Source: a virus
Taxonomy: Duplodnaviria > Heunggongvirae > Uroviricota > Caudoviricetes
Reading direction: 5' to 3' (one strand)
Virus record (IMG/VR): IMGVR_UViG_2778261571_000004
DNA: 64,000 nt
In this document: one piece after another, positions 1 through 11,000 of the stretch
Layout: each line of letters starts with the position of its first letter
Position numbering within the stretch: the stretch's first letter is position 1
The notes under the pieces: model-generated
Told to the model about the DNA's origin: nothing
The model's input: the letters and a program-made list of their open reading frames with translations, nothing else
The model's database searches: none
Program-made: the position numbers and the translations under genes

Positions 1-730
1 TCGCTGCCTCTTTTGAGGCCGCCGCATCCCGGGCTGAGGTGGCAGCTTCTGACGCCTTCGTGGTCGCGGTGGATGCAGAAGTGGCTGCAGATTTTTGTGA
101 CGCTGCAGCATTCGTTTCAGACGTTTTCGCGGCACCGGCACTGGTGGCCGCCGCGCTTTTTGAGGACTCTGCAGCGGATGCACTTTGAGACGCTTGAGAG
201 GCTTTTTCTCCAGCGGTATTGGCGCTTTCTGCTGCTGCGGCAGCACTGGCCGCCGCCTCACGAGCTTTGTCGCCAGCAGCATCAATCGCGTCAGTGTTAT
301 TTTTATACCACTCAACGTTTTCGTTGTGCTCGTTGACGATCTGCATTAGCGGCTTAACGGTCACTTCTGTACCGTCTTCACGCTCGATTGTCACCTCATC
401 CAGAGCAGTCAACCAACTGCGCATGGACTTGGAATCAGCCGACATACGCGACATTAGTGCTGTAAAGCGCGCGCTAAACTGTGTTAAGTCGCCTTCATAG
501 GTCGTAATGATTCGGCACGGAACTTCAGACTGAGTTTCGCCGGTATAAGGTTCTGAGAGAACAATGTTCGTATCGCTTATTACGCGCTTGATCTCATACA
601 GCTTATTGTCGGGGCCAATGACGATCATCCCCGGCAACACACCATTAGCTGTTACGTTCCAGGCTGTCCCTGCCCCAACCAGAGTATTGCTACCCTGTGT
701 AAATGTGATAGTACCTTCCCTGTACCACAT
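1..730 (-). CDS. Tail fibre protein, N-terminal part (gene continues past window start)
   Basis: Own minus-strand translation from ATG at 728-730: MWYREGTITFTQGSNTLVGAGTAWNV..., open to at least position 421; A/S-rich fibre-like sequence directly downstream of the J-like gene; absent from ORF track, presumably because no stop lies in the window. Confidence 0.5.
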   Translation of the reverse strand, partial: MWYREGTITFTQGSNTLVGAGTAWNVTANGVLPGMIVIGPDNKLYEIKRVISDTNIVLSEPYTGETQSEVPCRIITTYEGDLTQFSARFTALMSRMSADSKSMRSWLTALDEVTIEREDGTEVTVKPLMQIVNEHNENVEWYKNNTDAIDAAGDKAREAAASAAAAAESANTAGEKASQASQSASAAESSKSAAATSAGAAKTSETNAAASQKSAATSASTATTKASEAATSARDAAASKEAA

Positions 731-823
731 GTTGAATATGCTCCTTGATTTGGCGGGCTATCCTTGCCCGCCATTAAGTAAATACTTACCTATTTTTACC
801 GATATAAAATTTTTTTTCCACCA

Positions 824-3800
824 TCACAGACGGCCAATTCTTACTCGTAAGACGTTGTTATCGTCATAAACGTCAATCCGCTGACCATTTATAACCAATC
901 GCCCATTGCCGCCGCTATTACCGTTGATCTCAAGCGTTCCATTTTTGCCGAACCGCCATCCAGATCTACCGCTAACAAAATTGGTAGATTGCAGATCGCC
1001 TACTTTTGCATTGGTGATTGTGCCATCCTTGATATACGCTCCATTCATATAGGCGATACTGTTTTCGATAACAAATGGCGTTGTGATCTTCCCGTTAACA
1101 GAGTTGACCAAACCAAACCTGTCCGCCTGAACCAAAAACTGAGATAGCCCAGTGGTGTCGATACCAAGCGCAATACCAGCAACATACTTCTGCCCTCCGC
1201 TCGTTGAAGTTTCCATTTTCAACGTCCACGCGGTTGACACTTTTTTGTTGGTATCAGCAATAGCTGTTGCCTGCTGTTGAATTGTCGCGGTATTTCCATC
1301 CACCTCTGCTTTCAGAGTATCGATTCGCCCACTCAGAGCATTATCTGCCTGCGTTCTCGCTGTCGTTTCAGTTGTTACCGCCGCGGAAATGTTGGCTGCC
1401 GTTTGAGACTCTAAGTTTGTGATTTGAGTCGCCAATGCAGCATCTTGCTCTGTACGCGTTTTCGTTTCGGTTGCTACAGCCGCTTTAATATCCTCTTTGT
1501 ATTGAGAGGTCAGCTTGGTGATCTGAGACGACAACGCCGAGTCAGCATCAGTTCGAGCCTGCGTTTCAACTGCAACGGCCGCACTAATATCTTTCGCTGT
1601 CTGTGCTTTTAAACTTGAAACCTCTTTTGTTAAAGCGGTATCACCATCTGCACGAGCCGTTGTTTCTCTGGCAAGAGACGCCTCGAGATCATTAGCTTTT
1701 GCTGTAAGAGACGTAATCTGGGTAGACAATGCACTATCGGCATCAGTCCTTGCTTTTGTCTCTACAGCAACCGCTGCGGCAATATCAGTTCCGGTTTGTG
1801 CTCGCAGGCTGTTAATTTCTCGTGAGAGCGCCTGGTCAGCACTTGCTCTGGCCTCCTGCTCCTGAGTGATGGCAGCGGATATATCACCGTCAACCTTTGA
1901 CTGAAGCTGGTTTATTTGTTTGGCTAACGCAGAGTCCCCGCTTGCTCGGGCCTCCTGCTCACTACGTATTGCAGCAGAAATATCATCATCAACCTTTGCC
2001 TGAAGTTGGGTGATCTGGCTTGCCAGAGCCGAATCTTCCGTTGCTCGGGCTTCTTGCTCTTCCTTAATAGCTGCGACGATATCGTTGCTTACTTTCGACT
2101 CAAGCTGAGTGATCTGTGTCGTCAGAGCTTCATCGGCAGATGTACGAGCCTCCTGCTCTGTACTAATCGCCGCGCTGATATCTCCTTCAAACTTAGATTG
2201 CAGCTGAGTGACACGCTTTGCCAACGCTTCATCGCCATCGGCACGAGCGGTGGACTCTTCCAGAATACTGGCCTTAATGTCTTCGCCAATTTCTACGCGA
2301 ATTTCCTCAACCTTCGTGGCCATTGCAGACATATCATCAGCAAAGGTTTTCTGTGTTGTTGCGATCTTCGCGTTATTGACCATCTGCTTGTGCTGGTCTT
2401 CATCTTGACGAAGAGCCAGGTCAATATTTGTTTTGGCTAACGCCTCAATGTTCGTAGTCAGTTCTGCACTGGCACGATCGACCTCTGCAACCGTCTTTTT
2501 CATTTCTTCAACGGCAGCGGAGCTTTCCTCTACCGTTGACTGCAACACTTCCAGTTGTTTAGCGTTTGCAGCATCGCCTTCAACACGAGCCTCGCTTTCC
2601 TTAGCAATAAGAGCCGCCGCTTCATCTCTTGCAGCCTTTATTGCCTCGACTGTATTAGCGAGAGCTTTATCGTGTTCAGATACGGTGTTTTCGATTTCAA
2701 CAATTGCAGCATCAGTAGCATCAATTTTTTCAAACGCTTCATTGACCTTGTCAATCGTTGCCGAAACCTCACCTTTAAGCTCGGTTTGTGCGTTCTCCAA
2801 AGCATCGCTACGCTCGTTGAATTTTATTTCAAAATCCGCGAGGTTATCGCTGAACTGCTTATCTAATTCAGCTATATCTTCCTTAACGTCGTTTACCGCC
2901 CCCTCCAAAGATTCGACGCTCTGGTTGATATGCTCATTTAACTCGTCAACTGCTTCTTGAGAGGCTTTGCTGTTGATGTCCTCAAGCAGAGCCTGACCAA
3001 GCTCGGAAGATGTAATTTTGCCAGTCAGGAACGACAGTACATCGCGAGTTGTCGCCTCTGTACCCAAGTTTGAGTTCGGAGGACTTAACATACCTCGCTT
3101 GTTCGATGCTCGAACCCAGTAATACCACGTTTCGCTATCCCCAAGACCAGCATGTGTAAAGGTGGTGCTTGCAGACTCTGCGATCAGTTTCGCCGTATCC
3201 AGATTGTTGGTCTGGGATGCGTAAACATTAATGTGATCAAGGTCTACCGAATCTGGATTAACCCAATTCAGTATCACATTACGATAGTCTCCAACGGCCG
3301 TTAATGACGTTGGGGAATCCGGCGGTGTCATTGTGCCCAACACCTGATAAACGGTACTGATAATCTCTGTTTTTTTACCGTTGAATGAAACCGCATACAG
3401 TTGGAAGTCGTAGCGTCCATTCTCCGCGACATTAACGATTTCGTATTGCTCTTCGGTTACACGCGCCGATTGCCAGTTCGATACATTGTTTTCATCAGAA
3501 CGTCGCCAACTGATCCAATACTCTGGAGATTTCCCTTCCCATGTTGCAGTCAGTTTTACTGACAGGTTGCCAGGGCTTGAGAGATAAGTCCCTTCGGTGA
3601 TTTGCAAATTAGACGGCTTGGAGTAAGTCGGGTCCAATACCGTCGTATTTTGCGGGATAAGCGTTGCACCATTGTCGATCGCCTCATATTTAGACGGATT
3701 GTTCTCAACAGCGGTGATGTCAAAGCTACCCGGCGTTTCCCCCTGCGCGATGTTAACGATGCGAACGCGCATAGGTTCGAGGTCTGGTTCTGTAATAGTC

Positions 3801-5557
3801 CAGACGCCGTTCAAAACAGGCGTTTCAGCCGAAGACAGGGATTTTGAAAACGTAACTTTTGTTATATTTTCGCCAGTTTCAAGAACATCGCGTTCAACGA
3901 TTTTGCCTTCATGATTCAGTATTCGAATAAAGCAGCCGCCTTTGGCTAACGACACCGGCGCATCGAGTGTGACGCTGTTTTTGGTAAACGCCACAATTCG
4001 ACCTGAGTTACGTTTGCCTGCGCGATATTTGTTCTGAATCAGAACGGTTTCACCAGGCATCAGAAATGACGCGTCTAAGCCGGCAGTAAATGTAATTACA
4101 TCCGACTCCATTCTGGCGGTATATAAAAGCCACAAACCAACTCGGTGAGCCTGCCCTCGGCTTGTACAGCCAAATGCTACGACTTCTGTCTTACGCTCAC
4201 CATAACGGCGCATTGCGTCCTGATCTTCAACGTACTCGATGTTTTGCTTATAACCGTCCTCCTTGTTGTTGTAGGTTACGAGCGCAACGGATGGGCGATC
4301 TTTACGCGCAGAACCTTTATAGGTAAACAATCCATCTTTGACGTTAGAGTTGGTAAACATCATTACCGGATCTGATGGGCTATCCTGCATGATGTTAACC
4401 ATCCCACCAGCCCAAAACACCATGCCGCGGAATGCTCCGGCAATATCCTGAATTAGCCGGTATGCGTCCTGTCGACTGGTGATCTGCGTATTGATTGCAA
4501 AGCGTTTCTCTTTGCCACCAAAGCCATCATCGACCTCTTCGTCACAATATCGACCAATCTGGTACAACTGGCCAAGGTCAATCATAGATTCCGACACATA
4601 CTGACCAAGGCCATATCGAGCATTGGTCAGCAAATCAAAGAGAATCCACGCGGGGTTCGAAGAAGACAACAGCTTAAAAGTGCCATCCCATACCCCAGCG
4701 TAAGTGTTACTGGACTCGTTATAGTTTGAAGGTACTCGAATTTTTAGGCCACGCACCAGATAAGAGCGAGATGGCATGGTGCTACCAAACTGCTCAGAAT
4801 TAACCTTCAGACCCACCAGCACAGAGTTTGGGTAGTTCATCGGTGTATCTACAATCTCACCTATTGAGTCCACCCATGTATCGTTATAGAGATACTGGCT
4901 GCTGTTATCATCGGTAATACGGACTACACGAACCTTGTACGCGCGTCCAGGCTTAGGCAGCTTCAGCTCGTAGCTACGGTAATAAACGCCGGTCTTCTTT
5001 GCTGTTAGCTTAATGCCAACGCTTTTTTCACCTTCCGCGACCACATCTACAAATGTTGAGTCGCCATTTGCTATCTGGAACTTGTACTCAACAGTCGTAC
5101 CGTTCGTGTCACCAGTTTTTTTATCTATGCTTCGCAAAGAAGGAAACTTCATGATGACACGAACCCGATCAGCTTCATCGTTATCGATTGAAACCGTTAC
5201 ATAATGTGTTTTTTTTAACTGGATATTGACGGATTTAGGCGTTTCAACGAAATCAAAGCCAGACATTGGAGTCTGGTCTTGTGAACCGTCGCGAAAATCC
5301 CATGTGATTCCGCTGAAGTTGGAGGAACCGTCTTCATTTACAATCGGCAGATCGTCGATAAAAATAGATCTTGCGCCATTTACTAAGCCGCCAATTACCC
5401 CTTCCCCAAGAAGATCGAGGATAGCGGCCATTGCACGAGAATTTACGGTATCGTCGGCTTCAACCGGTGTACGGCTGGAGCTTTTGCTGCTTTTTTTACC
5501 ACCCGCACCTACAATAAACAGCGGTAACTTTTTCTTCTTGAACTGTTCCATGTTCAA
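824..5557 (-). CDS. Central tail fibre / host specificity protein (lambda J family) with long coiled-coil repeat insert
   Basis: 1577 aa; N-terminal two-thirds and the region near residue 1450 (QKYVAGIALGIDTTGLSQFLVQADRF) align by eye to lambda gpJ; residues about 845-1430 are alanine-rich coiled coil with about ten 33-aa repeats (DISAAIxxEQEAR...QLQSKVDG). Confidence 0.85.
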   Translation of the reverse strand: MNMEQFKKKKLPLFIVGAGGKKSSKSSSRTPVEADDTVNSRAMAAILDLLGEGVIGGLVNGARSIFIDDLPIVNEDGSSNFSGITWDFRDGSQDQTPMSGFDFVETPKSVNIQLKKTHYVTVSIDNDEADRVRVIMKFPSLRSIDKKTGDTNGTTVEYKFQIANGDSTFVDVVAEGEKSVGIKLTAKKTGVYYRSYELKLPKPGRAYKVRVVRITDDNSSQYLYNDTWVDSIGEIVDTPMNYPNSVLVGLKVNSEQFGSTMPSRSYLVRGLKIRVPSNYNESSNTYAGVWDGTFKLLSSSNPAWILFDLLTNARYGLGQYVSESMIDLGQLYQIGRYCDEEVDDGFGGKEKRFAINTQITSRQDAYRLIQDIAGAFRGMVFWAGGMVNIMQDSPSDPVMMFTNSNVKDGLFTYKGSARKDRPSVALVTYNNKEDGYKQNIEYVEDQDAMRRYGERKTEVVAFGCTSRGQAHRVGLWLLYTARMESDVITFTAGLDASFLMPGETVLIQNKYRAGKRNSGRIVAFTKNSVTLDAPVSLAKGGCFIRILNHEGKIVERDVLETGENITKVTFSKSLSSAETPVLNGVWTITEPDLEPMRVRIVNIAQGETPGSFDITAVENNPSKYEAIDNGATLIPQNTTVLDPTYSKPSNLQITEGTYLSSPGNLSVKLTATWEGKSPEYWISWRRSDENNVSNWQSARVTEEQYEIVNVAENGRYDFQLYAVSFNGKKTEIISTVYQVLGTMTPPDSPTSLTAVGDYRNVILNWVNPDSVDLDHINVYASQTNNLDTAKLIAESASTTFTHAGLGDSETWYYWVRASNKRGMLSPPNSNLGTEATTRDVLSFLTGKITSSELGQALLEDINSKASQEAVDELNEHINQSVESLEGAVNDVKEDIAELDKQFSDNLADFEIKFNERSDALENAQTELKGEVSATIDKVNEAFEKIDATDAAIVEIENTVSEHDKALANTVEAIKAARDEAAALIAKESEARVEGDAANAKQLEVLQSTVEESSAAVEEMKKTVAEVDRASAELTTNIEALAKTNIDLALRQDEDQHKQMVNNAKIATTQKTFADDMSAMATKVEEIRVEIGEDIKASILEESTARADGDEALAKRVTQLQSKFEGDISAAISTEQEARTSADEALTTQITQLESKVSNDIVAAIKEEQEARATEDSALASQITQLQAKVDDDISAAIRSEQEARASGDSALAKQINQLQSKVDGDISAAITQEQEARASADQALSREINSLRAQTGTDIAAAVAVETKARTDADSALSTQITSLTAKANDLEASLARETTARADGDTALTKEVSSLKAQTAKDISAAVAVETQARTDADSALSSQITKLTSQYKEDIKAAVATETKTRTEQDAALATQITNLESQTAANISAAVTTETTARTQADNALSGRIDTLKAEVDGNTATIQQQATAIADTNKKVSTAWTLKMETSTSGGQKYVAGIALGIDTTGLSQFLVQADRFGLVNSVNGKITTPFVIENSIAYMNGAYIKDGTITNAKVGDLQSTNFVSGRSGWRFGKNGTLEINGNSGGNGRLVINGQRIDVYDDNNVLRVRIGRL

Positions 5558-5569
5558 AAAAATCCTTGT

Positions 5570-6163
5570 TTACATTAGCTGGTCAATCGTGATTGAAGAA
5601 CTCACAACCTGTGAGCCAACCAGAATTTCCTCGCCGTAGATAAGTTGTACTGGGTTGCCCTGGTTTTCTGTATTTTGAGGGCCGTCGAAATAATAAGAGT
5701 TCGAGTTATCTGCCTGTCTCACACTTTCGTTAGTGGCTTGCGGCGATATGATTTGTGATATGCCGCCCATCATCAGTGACAAACCGAGAGGGGCAAGAGC
5801 GGGCAAGCCAAAAAAAGATGCCACCAATAAAGTGGCTCCAACAACCGTCTGAAACCACCCAAAAGCAGATCCGCCACTTCCTCGCGGAACAGGGGTAATG
5901 CGAATTTTGGCAATGTTTTCAGACTGCCCCATCATCTGATATTCACTCTCGTCCACAGACCACTTGTGGCCCTGTTTATTGGTGATCTGGATGTGGTATC
6001 TGTCATAGGTTTTGATATTGCGCTTCATCCATGCTTTAAAACCAGGCTTGTTGGCCTCAATTAAATCCAGAGCCTGTTTTGTATTGCGCACCTTTAGATG
6101 CCAGTGGCGGCCAAAATGTTTGGCCATAGGGCCGCCAAGCTGCACATGAACTAACTCAGACAC
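5570..6163 (-). CDS. Tail assembly protein (lambda I family)
   Basis: 197 aa; hydrophobic central segment and C-terminal ...QLIYGEEILVGSQVVSSSI resemble lambda gpI; position between K-like and J-like genes. Confidence 0.75.
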   Translation of the reverse strand: MSELVHVQLGGPMAKHFGRHWHLKVRNTKQALDLIEANKPGFKAWMKRNIKTYDRYHIQITNKQGHKWSVDESEYQMMGQSENIAKIRITPVPRGSGGSAFGWFQTVVGATLLVASFFGLPALAPLGLSLMMGGISQIISPQATNESVRQADNSNSYYFDGPQNTENQGNPVQLIYGEEILVGSQVVSSSITIDQLM

Positions 6164-6975
6164 GTCTCATCTCCCTTGAGCAAGTCTCTGTGACGCAAGT
6201 GATGCGTCGTATGTTTCTGATACATTCCGCCGTAATAAGCACGACAACTAAGACGGTCGATCTGGTGATGAAGAATCATTCCATCGCCGATATAAACCGC
6301 GCAGTGATCTGGCATTTTCCCGTATTGAATAAAGAAGACGTCCCCACGTTGAGGCTCTGTTCCAGGCGCAAGCCGTACCAATCCCTCGTTTCGGTAGTTC
6401 TGGTCGAGAATGTCGTTATCGCCGGTGTACCACGATGGAATATGCAGGTGTGCGTTCGGGTTAAGCTCGACGTTAAACTCACGCTTCAAATAGTCCCGAC
6501 ACAACATCCAGCAATCGAATACGCCAAATACATACGGTCTACCCAGGTATGGCATTTCGAAACCATCAGGTGTGATCACATTCATCTCGCTAAAATGGAA
6601 AGGGGCATCTCCCTCAACATTCTTGCGAATAGCCAGAATCATCCACGGAACTTCCGTCGCTTCACAGCCTGCACGATCGGCATCAGATGCTTCTGCTGAT
6701 TCATCAGTATGTGAATGCCAGATTGCGATTACGTCACCTGCATCCTCCGCCGCCATAATGTCGTCAACGTGCATTACAAAAGTGTTCTGCGGGTTCTCCG
6801 AAACATTTTGCGCTTCCATAAAGCGATATTTGTCGCCATTAGTTCTCACCAGAAAGCCACACGCTTCATTAGGGTAGCGATTTATGGCGCAGAGATAGAT
6901 TTGCTGCATAACATCAGAGCCAAGCTCAGGGATTGCTTTATTACCCATATCGCGTAGCTCCAATAAACCCGCCAA
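6151..6975 (-). CDS. Tail assembly protein K-like (MPN/JAMM plus NlpC/P60 domains)
   Basis: JAMM motif HSHTDESAEASDAD and NlpC/P60-like Cys/His segment (DCWMLC ... HCAVYIG); synteny L-K-I-J; true start may be internal (MGNKAIPE...). Confidence 0.75.
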   Translation of the reverse strand: MAGLLELRDMGNKAIPELGSDVMQQIYLCAINRYPNEACGFLVRTNGDKYRFMEAQNVSENPQNTFVMHVDDIMAAEDAGDVIAIWHSHTDESAEASDADRAGCEATEVPWMILAIRKNVEGDAPFHFSEMNVITPDGFEMPYLGRPYVFGVFDCWMLCRDYLKREFNVELNPNAHLHIPSWYTGDNDILDQNYRNEGLVRLAPGTEPQRGDVFFIQYGKMPDHCAVYIGDGMILHHQIDRLSCRAYYGGMYQKHTTHHLRHRDLLKGDETCLS

Positions 6976-7672
6976 AATGGATCACTCCGTTGGCAAAATA
7001 ATTCCGACGCGCATTACAGGCGTCATAACGTTTTGTGCAGTAATCAGCACCAGACATAGACGTCTGCTGGTTATTTTTGTCGAAATATGGACCGGTATAG
7101 CCGCATTCTGGCCCTCGGTATTTCCACGGGCAGGTGTTTTTAATGATCTGACGATACGGCAGTTGCACCCCCATCAAATCGAACACACTGGACAATTCAA
7201 ACTCGACAACCTGATGAGTTTCGAGAGTTTTCTGTTCGATAAACCACATTTCATCCGGGAAATGTTGGTTTGGATCTGCTGTTGGGTTGCCGTCTTTAAA
7301 ATTAACGGCATCGAGGAAGCGAGCCAGCGTCATCTTGCGAATAATGCGGCAGCCAACAAGATCGTCGTTCGCCTGAACTTCCGCAGAGACGGTTCCGGCA
7401 AAGTTCGATACCTGAATTTTTGGACGTGGCAACGTTCCCTGGCCAGTTTTGTCAAAGCCTGATGCTTTGATTGGCCACGGCTCGTATGTCACTCCTTGCC
7501 AGACGACCGGTTGCATCAGTTCGTTTGTTCCGGCGTGGAAGAATAACTTCCCCCCTGAAGTTGTGTTCGACATATCCAGTACGAACAACTCAATGAGTGC
7601 AGAGGGAGATAAGCTCTGAATATCAGCTTTAATTCCCATTGTTTCATCCTTGAAATAAGTAGGCGCTAACAT
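6941..7672 (-). CDS. Minor tail protein L-like
   Basis: 243 aa, Cys-rich C-terminus, synteny between M-like and K-like genes. Confidence 0.75.
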   Translation of the reverse strand: MLAPTYFKDETMGIKADIQSLSPSALIELFVLDMSNTTSGGKLFFHAGTNELMQPVVWQGVTYEPWPIKASGFDKTGQGTLPRPKIQVSNFAGTVSAEVQANDDLVGCRIIRKMTLARFLDAVNFKDGNPTADPNQHFPDEMWFIEQKTLETHQVVEFELSSVFDLMGVQLPYRQIIKNTCPWKYRGPECGYTGPYFDKNNQQTSMSGADYCTKRYDACNARRNYFANGVIHFGGFIGATRYG

Positions 7673-7721
7673 CCTGTCAGCGCCACAATGATAGTAAATT
7701 AGTACTTACTTATCCAGATAC

Positions 7722-8057
7722 TTAAGCCTCAAATACTTGTCTGAATGTAGCAGTTAAGACACAGTACCCCTGATATCGCTTGACCGTATGACTGTCACAT
7801 ACAACTACAATCCGTTTTCCTCTTGGATTAACCCAATAGAACGACTCAACGCCTGCTCGCTCAGTCAGGAAGTCATCGATTGCATTAATTTCGTTGTATG
7901 ATCTGGTAAAGGTTAACGACCATTCTTCTTTAATACGATTAAGACCTTGAGCCTGTCGCTGCTCGTAGTCATCACCAAAATTAAGTACCGTTACATTCGG
8001 TTTTACGCTTTTTTCAGATTCGTAATCTGGATACCAATTAAACGTTTGTCTTTCCAT
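7722..8057 (-). CDS. Minor tail protein M-like
   Basis: 111 aa, similar length and pattern to lambda gpM, immediately downstream of tape measure gene. Confidence 0.75.
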   Translation of the reverse strand: MERQTFNWYPDYESEKSVKPNVTVLNFGDDYEQRQAQGLNRIKEEWSLTFTRSYNEINAIDDFLTERAGVESFYWVNPRGKRIVVVCDSHTVKRYQGYCVLTATFRQVFEA

Positions 8058-8072
8058 CTCACATCCTTGTGA

Positions 8073-8094
8073 GACTGCCCCGGTCGGGGCAGTC
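8073..8094 (-). terminator. GC-rich hairpin between tape measure and M-like genes (attenuator or processing site)
   Basis: gactgccccggtcggggcagtc perfect stem-loop in 42-nt intergenic gap. Confidence 0.35.
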
Positions 8095-8099
8095 GATAG

Positions 8100-11000
8100 T
8101 TAGTTACGTTGAGTGTTTGGGTTGAGTGATCCGCCAGGGCGTTTCTCTTGAGCGATAGTCTCAAGCGCGATTGCTTTCATCCGTTGAGCGGCATTGTTCC
8201 ATATGCTTTCTGTATCGCCGGATTCAGTTGTGCTACCGTCACTATGGACGTTGATCTCAATTGATACCGGAGAAAGAACATTTCCTCCTCCACTCATACC
8301 ATCGGTACTGAGCGTTACAGGGATTGTTCGACCATCAGGCAATGGAACATACGCCTCATTCATATCGCCTTCCCCAAACAACGCCAATTGAGGTGAGTTG
8401 GCGATACCGCCTTTCTGGTATGCCCGGAGCGGGATCACGCCGTCTTTTCCGAATATGCCACCATTTGCAAACTTCGGAATTGCAGGAATACCATTCGTGC
8501 CATCGGCAGCAGAACTGGTCAGATTGTTGAACCCGGAAGTTGAGCCAGAAGAACCGGACATCAATCCATCGAATCCACCACCAGCCCATACTGAAACCAA
8601 ACCAGATGCAACTGTCGCGCCGAAATTCAACCACTTATTACCAGAGCCGGAAGCATTAGCTCCAAGCATTGCAAACGCGGCAGACAGCGCGCCGGTAACA
8701 GAACTGAGGTTCTGCATCGAGAAGATGGAGTCCTTCACGGCTTTTGTCTCGGCATCTTTGGCTTCAGTGCTATCAAATAGCCCTGATACCCAGCTACCAA
8801 TCGCATTTGTTGCAGTGCCAATTGCGCTGGTGGTCTGCTGTGTTGTTTGCCCCAATCCAGTTACCGAACTGGACGTCTCCTTCGTGGCTTCTCCTACCGA
8901 CTTGTCGCCATTAACAGTGTTGCTTATGCGCACACCTTGATTGGCAACGGCGGAAGCAACCCCGGTGAGCAAATTACCACTCTGTGAACTACCAGCTGCG
9001 GTGGTTCCCATCCCCAACATGTTCATTAGAGGCAGCGTGATCTGCGACTTCACGACCATATTGGTGATATCTTTCAAAATGGACTGAGACAGGCTGGAGA
9101 AGCTCATCTTCCCGTTAATAACGAAATCAGTCAGGACATCAGTTAAGCCACTAAACAAATCAGTCCAGGTGCTTTCGATCTGCTCTGCCAGGTTTTCGTA
9201 TTCCAGTGCCAACTTCTGCGTCGCAGTCCCCGTCTCTTTAATAAGCGCGGTATTGCCAGCAGCAATAAGTTGATTGATCTTTTTATCGAACAACTCAATC
9301 TGGCTTTGTGAGGCTGTGCCTGACTCAATCGCAGCTTTACGTAAATCCATCAACGCTTTAAGGTTGCGATTATAGGTTTCTTCGAAATCAGCAACTTTCT
9401 CTTCACGAGACGGCGTATAGCCAGCACTAATAATGGAATCCGCCTCCGGTGCCCAAGTGGAGATCATCTGCTCAACATTGCGGCGATTAAACATCTCGCG
9501 ATATTCAGGTGTCGCATTTTTGAGGTCTTCAAGACGTTTTTTCGCCTTGTCGATCATCTCTTGAGTGATGAACTCGTTAGGAACCGCATTAGCCAAATCT
9601 GTCAGCGATTTCGTTGTATCGCGAAGAGACTGATCAAACGATACCGTAGCCTTAGAGCTTTCACCCATTTGCCCCATAAGCTGATCGGCTTTGTCCAGAG
9701 CCTTCTGATATCCGGCCGCCAGTTTCTGTTGCGCTGCCTGTTCTTTCTTTGCTGCTCTCTCGGCTGCTTTTGCGGTACGGTTTGCTGCCTTATCTGCTGC
9801 TTCTGCATCAAGTTCACGAGCTTTTGTCAGAGTCTTAATTACTGCGATGCGGTCATTTTCTGACAACTGCTCTAATTTCACATCACCGTAAATTTTCTTC
9901 TGTCTTAATTGCTCCTTGAGTTGTCGAGGCCCAACAACAGGTTGACCTTGTAAGTCGTATAATGCGGTACCATCGAGATTGACTCTTTGATACCTTTTAG
10001 AGTCCATCTGCTGTTTCCAAAAACCAGTCATAGTTTTGGAATTAGCATCAACTGGTGTGCTTGAAAACTCACCAATTTTACCGCCATTAATAGAAACCAA
10101 GCCGTCCCCAGCTTTCACGCTAAGACTGATTTCAAGGTTCTCCATCCCCTCTTTTACAATCTTCAAAGCCTCGGTGGTGGCGTCTATCTTTGTCTGGGCT
10201 TCTTTTTGCCCCTGCATATCGTTCGACTCTTGGGCCTTTTTGAGCTCTTCAGAGTATGTGGCGAGTTCACCAAGCCCCTTCTCATAACGAGCTTTATACC
10301 CTTTGAGTTTTTGCTCGTCGGCCTGGGCGTACAAACGTCCAAGTTCTGCGTTGTTTTCTGCCCTTAATTTGCTTTTTTCGTGGTCGGACAAGTCCGACCG
10401 CGCGGCAATTTTCTCATTGCTTTTGGTGAGTCTTTCTATCTCTTTGGCGACTGAGGCTATTAATGCATTCCCTTTCTGGTTGGCCGCATCAATACCCTCT
10501 CTATATTTCTTAGTAATGCTTTGTTTGATGGTTTCGGCTATGCCGCCATCAAGAGCTTTGGCGACTTCCTCTCTTTCTTTTCGCGCTTTTTCCAGTTTCT
10601 TTTTGCTGTCGTCAACATCGACACCAACTTCGTACGGTCCCGTGTATGCTGAAAAATGCAAGGTTTTGCCAGTCTCGACTTCTTTTTCCAGTCTGGAGAT
10701 CTCTCGATCTTTCTTGCTCAGTTCGCTTTCCAGCATCGCGCGATCTGCCTGCGTCATCGCTTCAGGGATTTCTCTGACTTTGTTTACAACGTCTTCGACT
10801 TTCTTCCTCAGACTGCTCATGTGCCAGATCAGCGTCGAAACCGCCGTTACCGCAGCAGTAAAGAAGAACCCTATAGGGTTTGCAGCCATGAACGCAGTCA
10901 AGCCAGCAAATGCATTGCGAATAGCAAAAATCAATGCAGGGATGGTAGATAGTCCCATGCGTGAGGCTCGATTGAAGCGTTTAACGGCTGTCGTCGCAAG

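Noticed and set aside
13-869. Plus-strand ORFs 13-336, 219-500, 564-869
   Set aside because: They are antisense to the minus-strand tail fibre gene and J-like gene end; W/R-rich or A/S-rich low-complexity translations typical of shadow ORFs
1424-5639. Plus-strand ORFs inside the J-like gene (for example 2006-2440, 2433-2960, 5226-5639)
   Set aside because: Shadow ORFs on the opposite strand of a long, well-supported gene; Ser/Ala/Cys-rich low-complexity products
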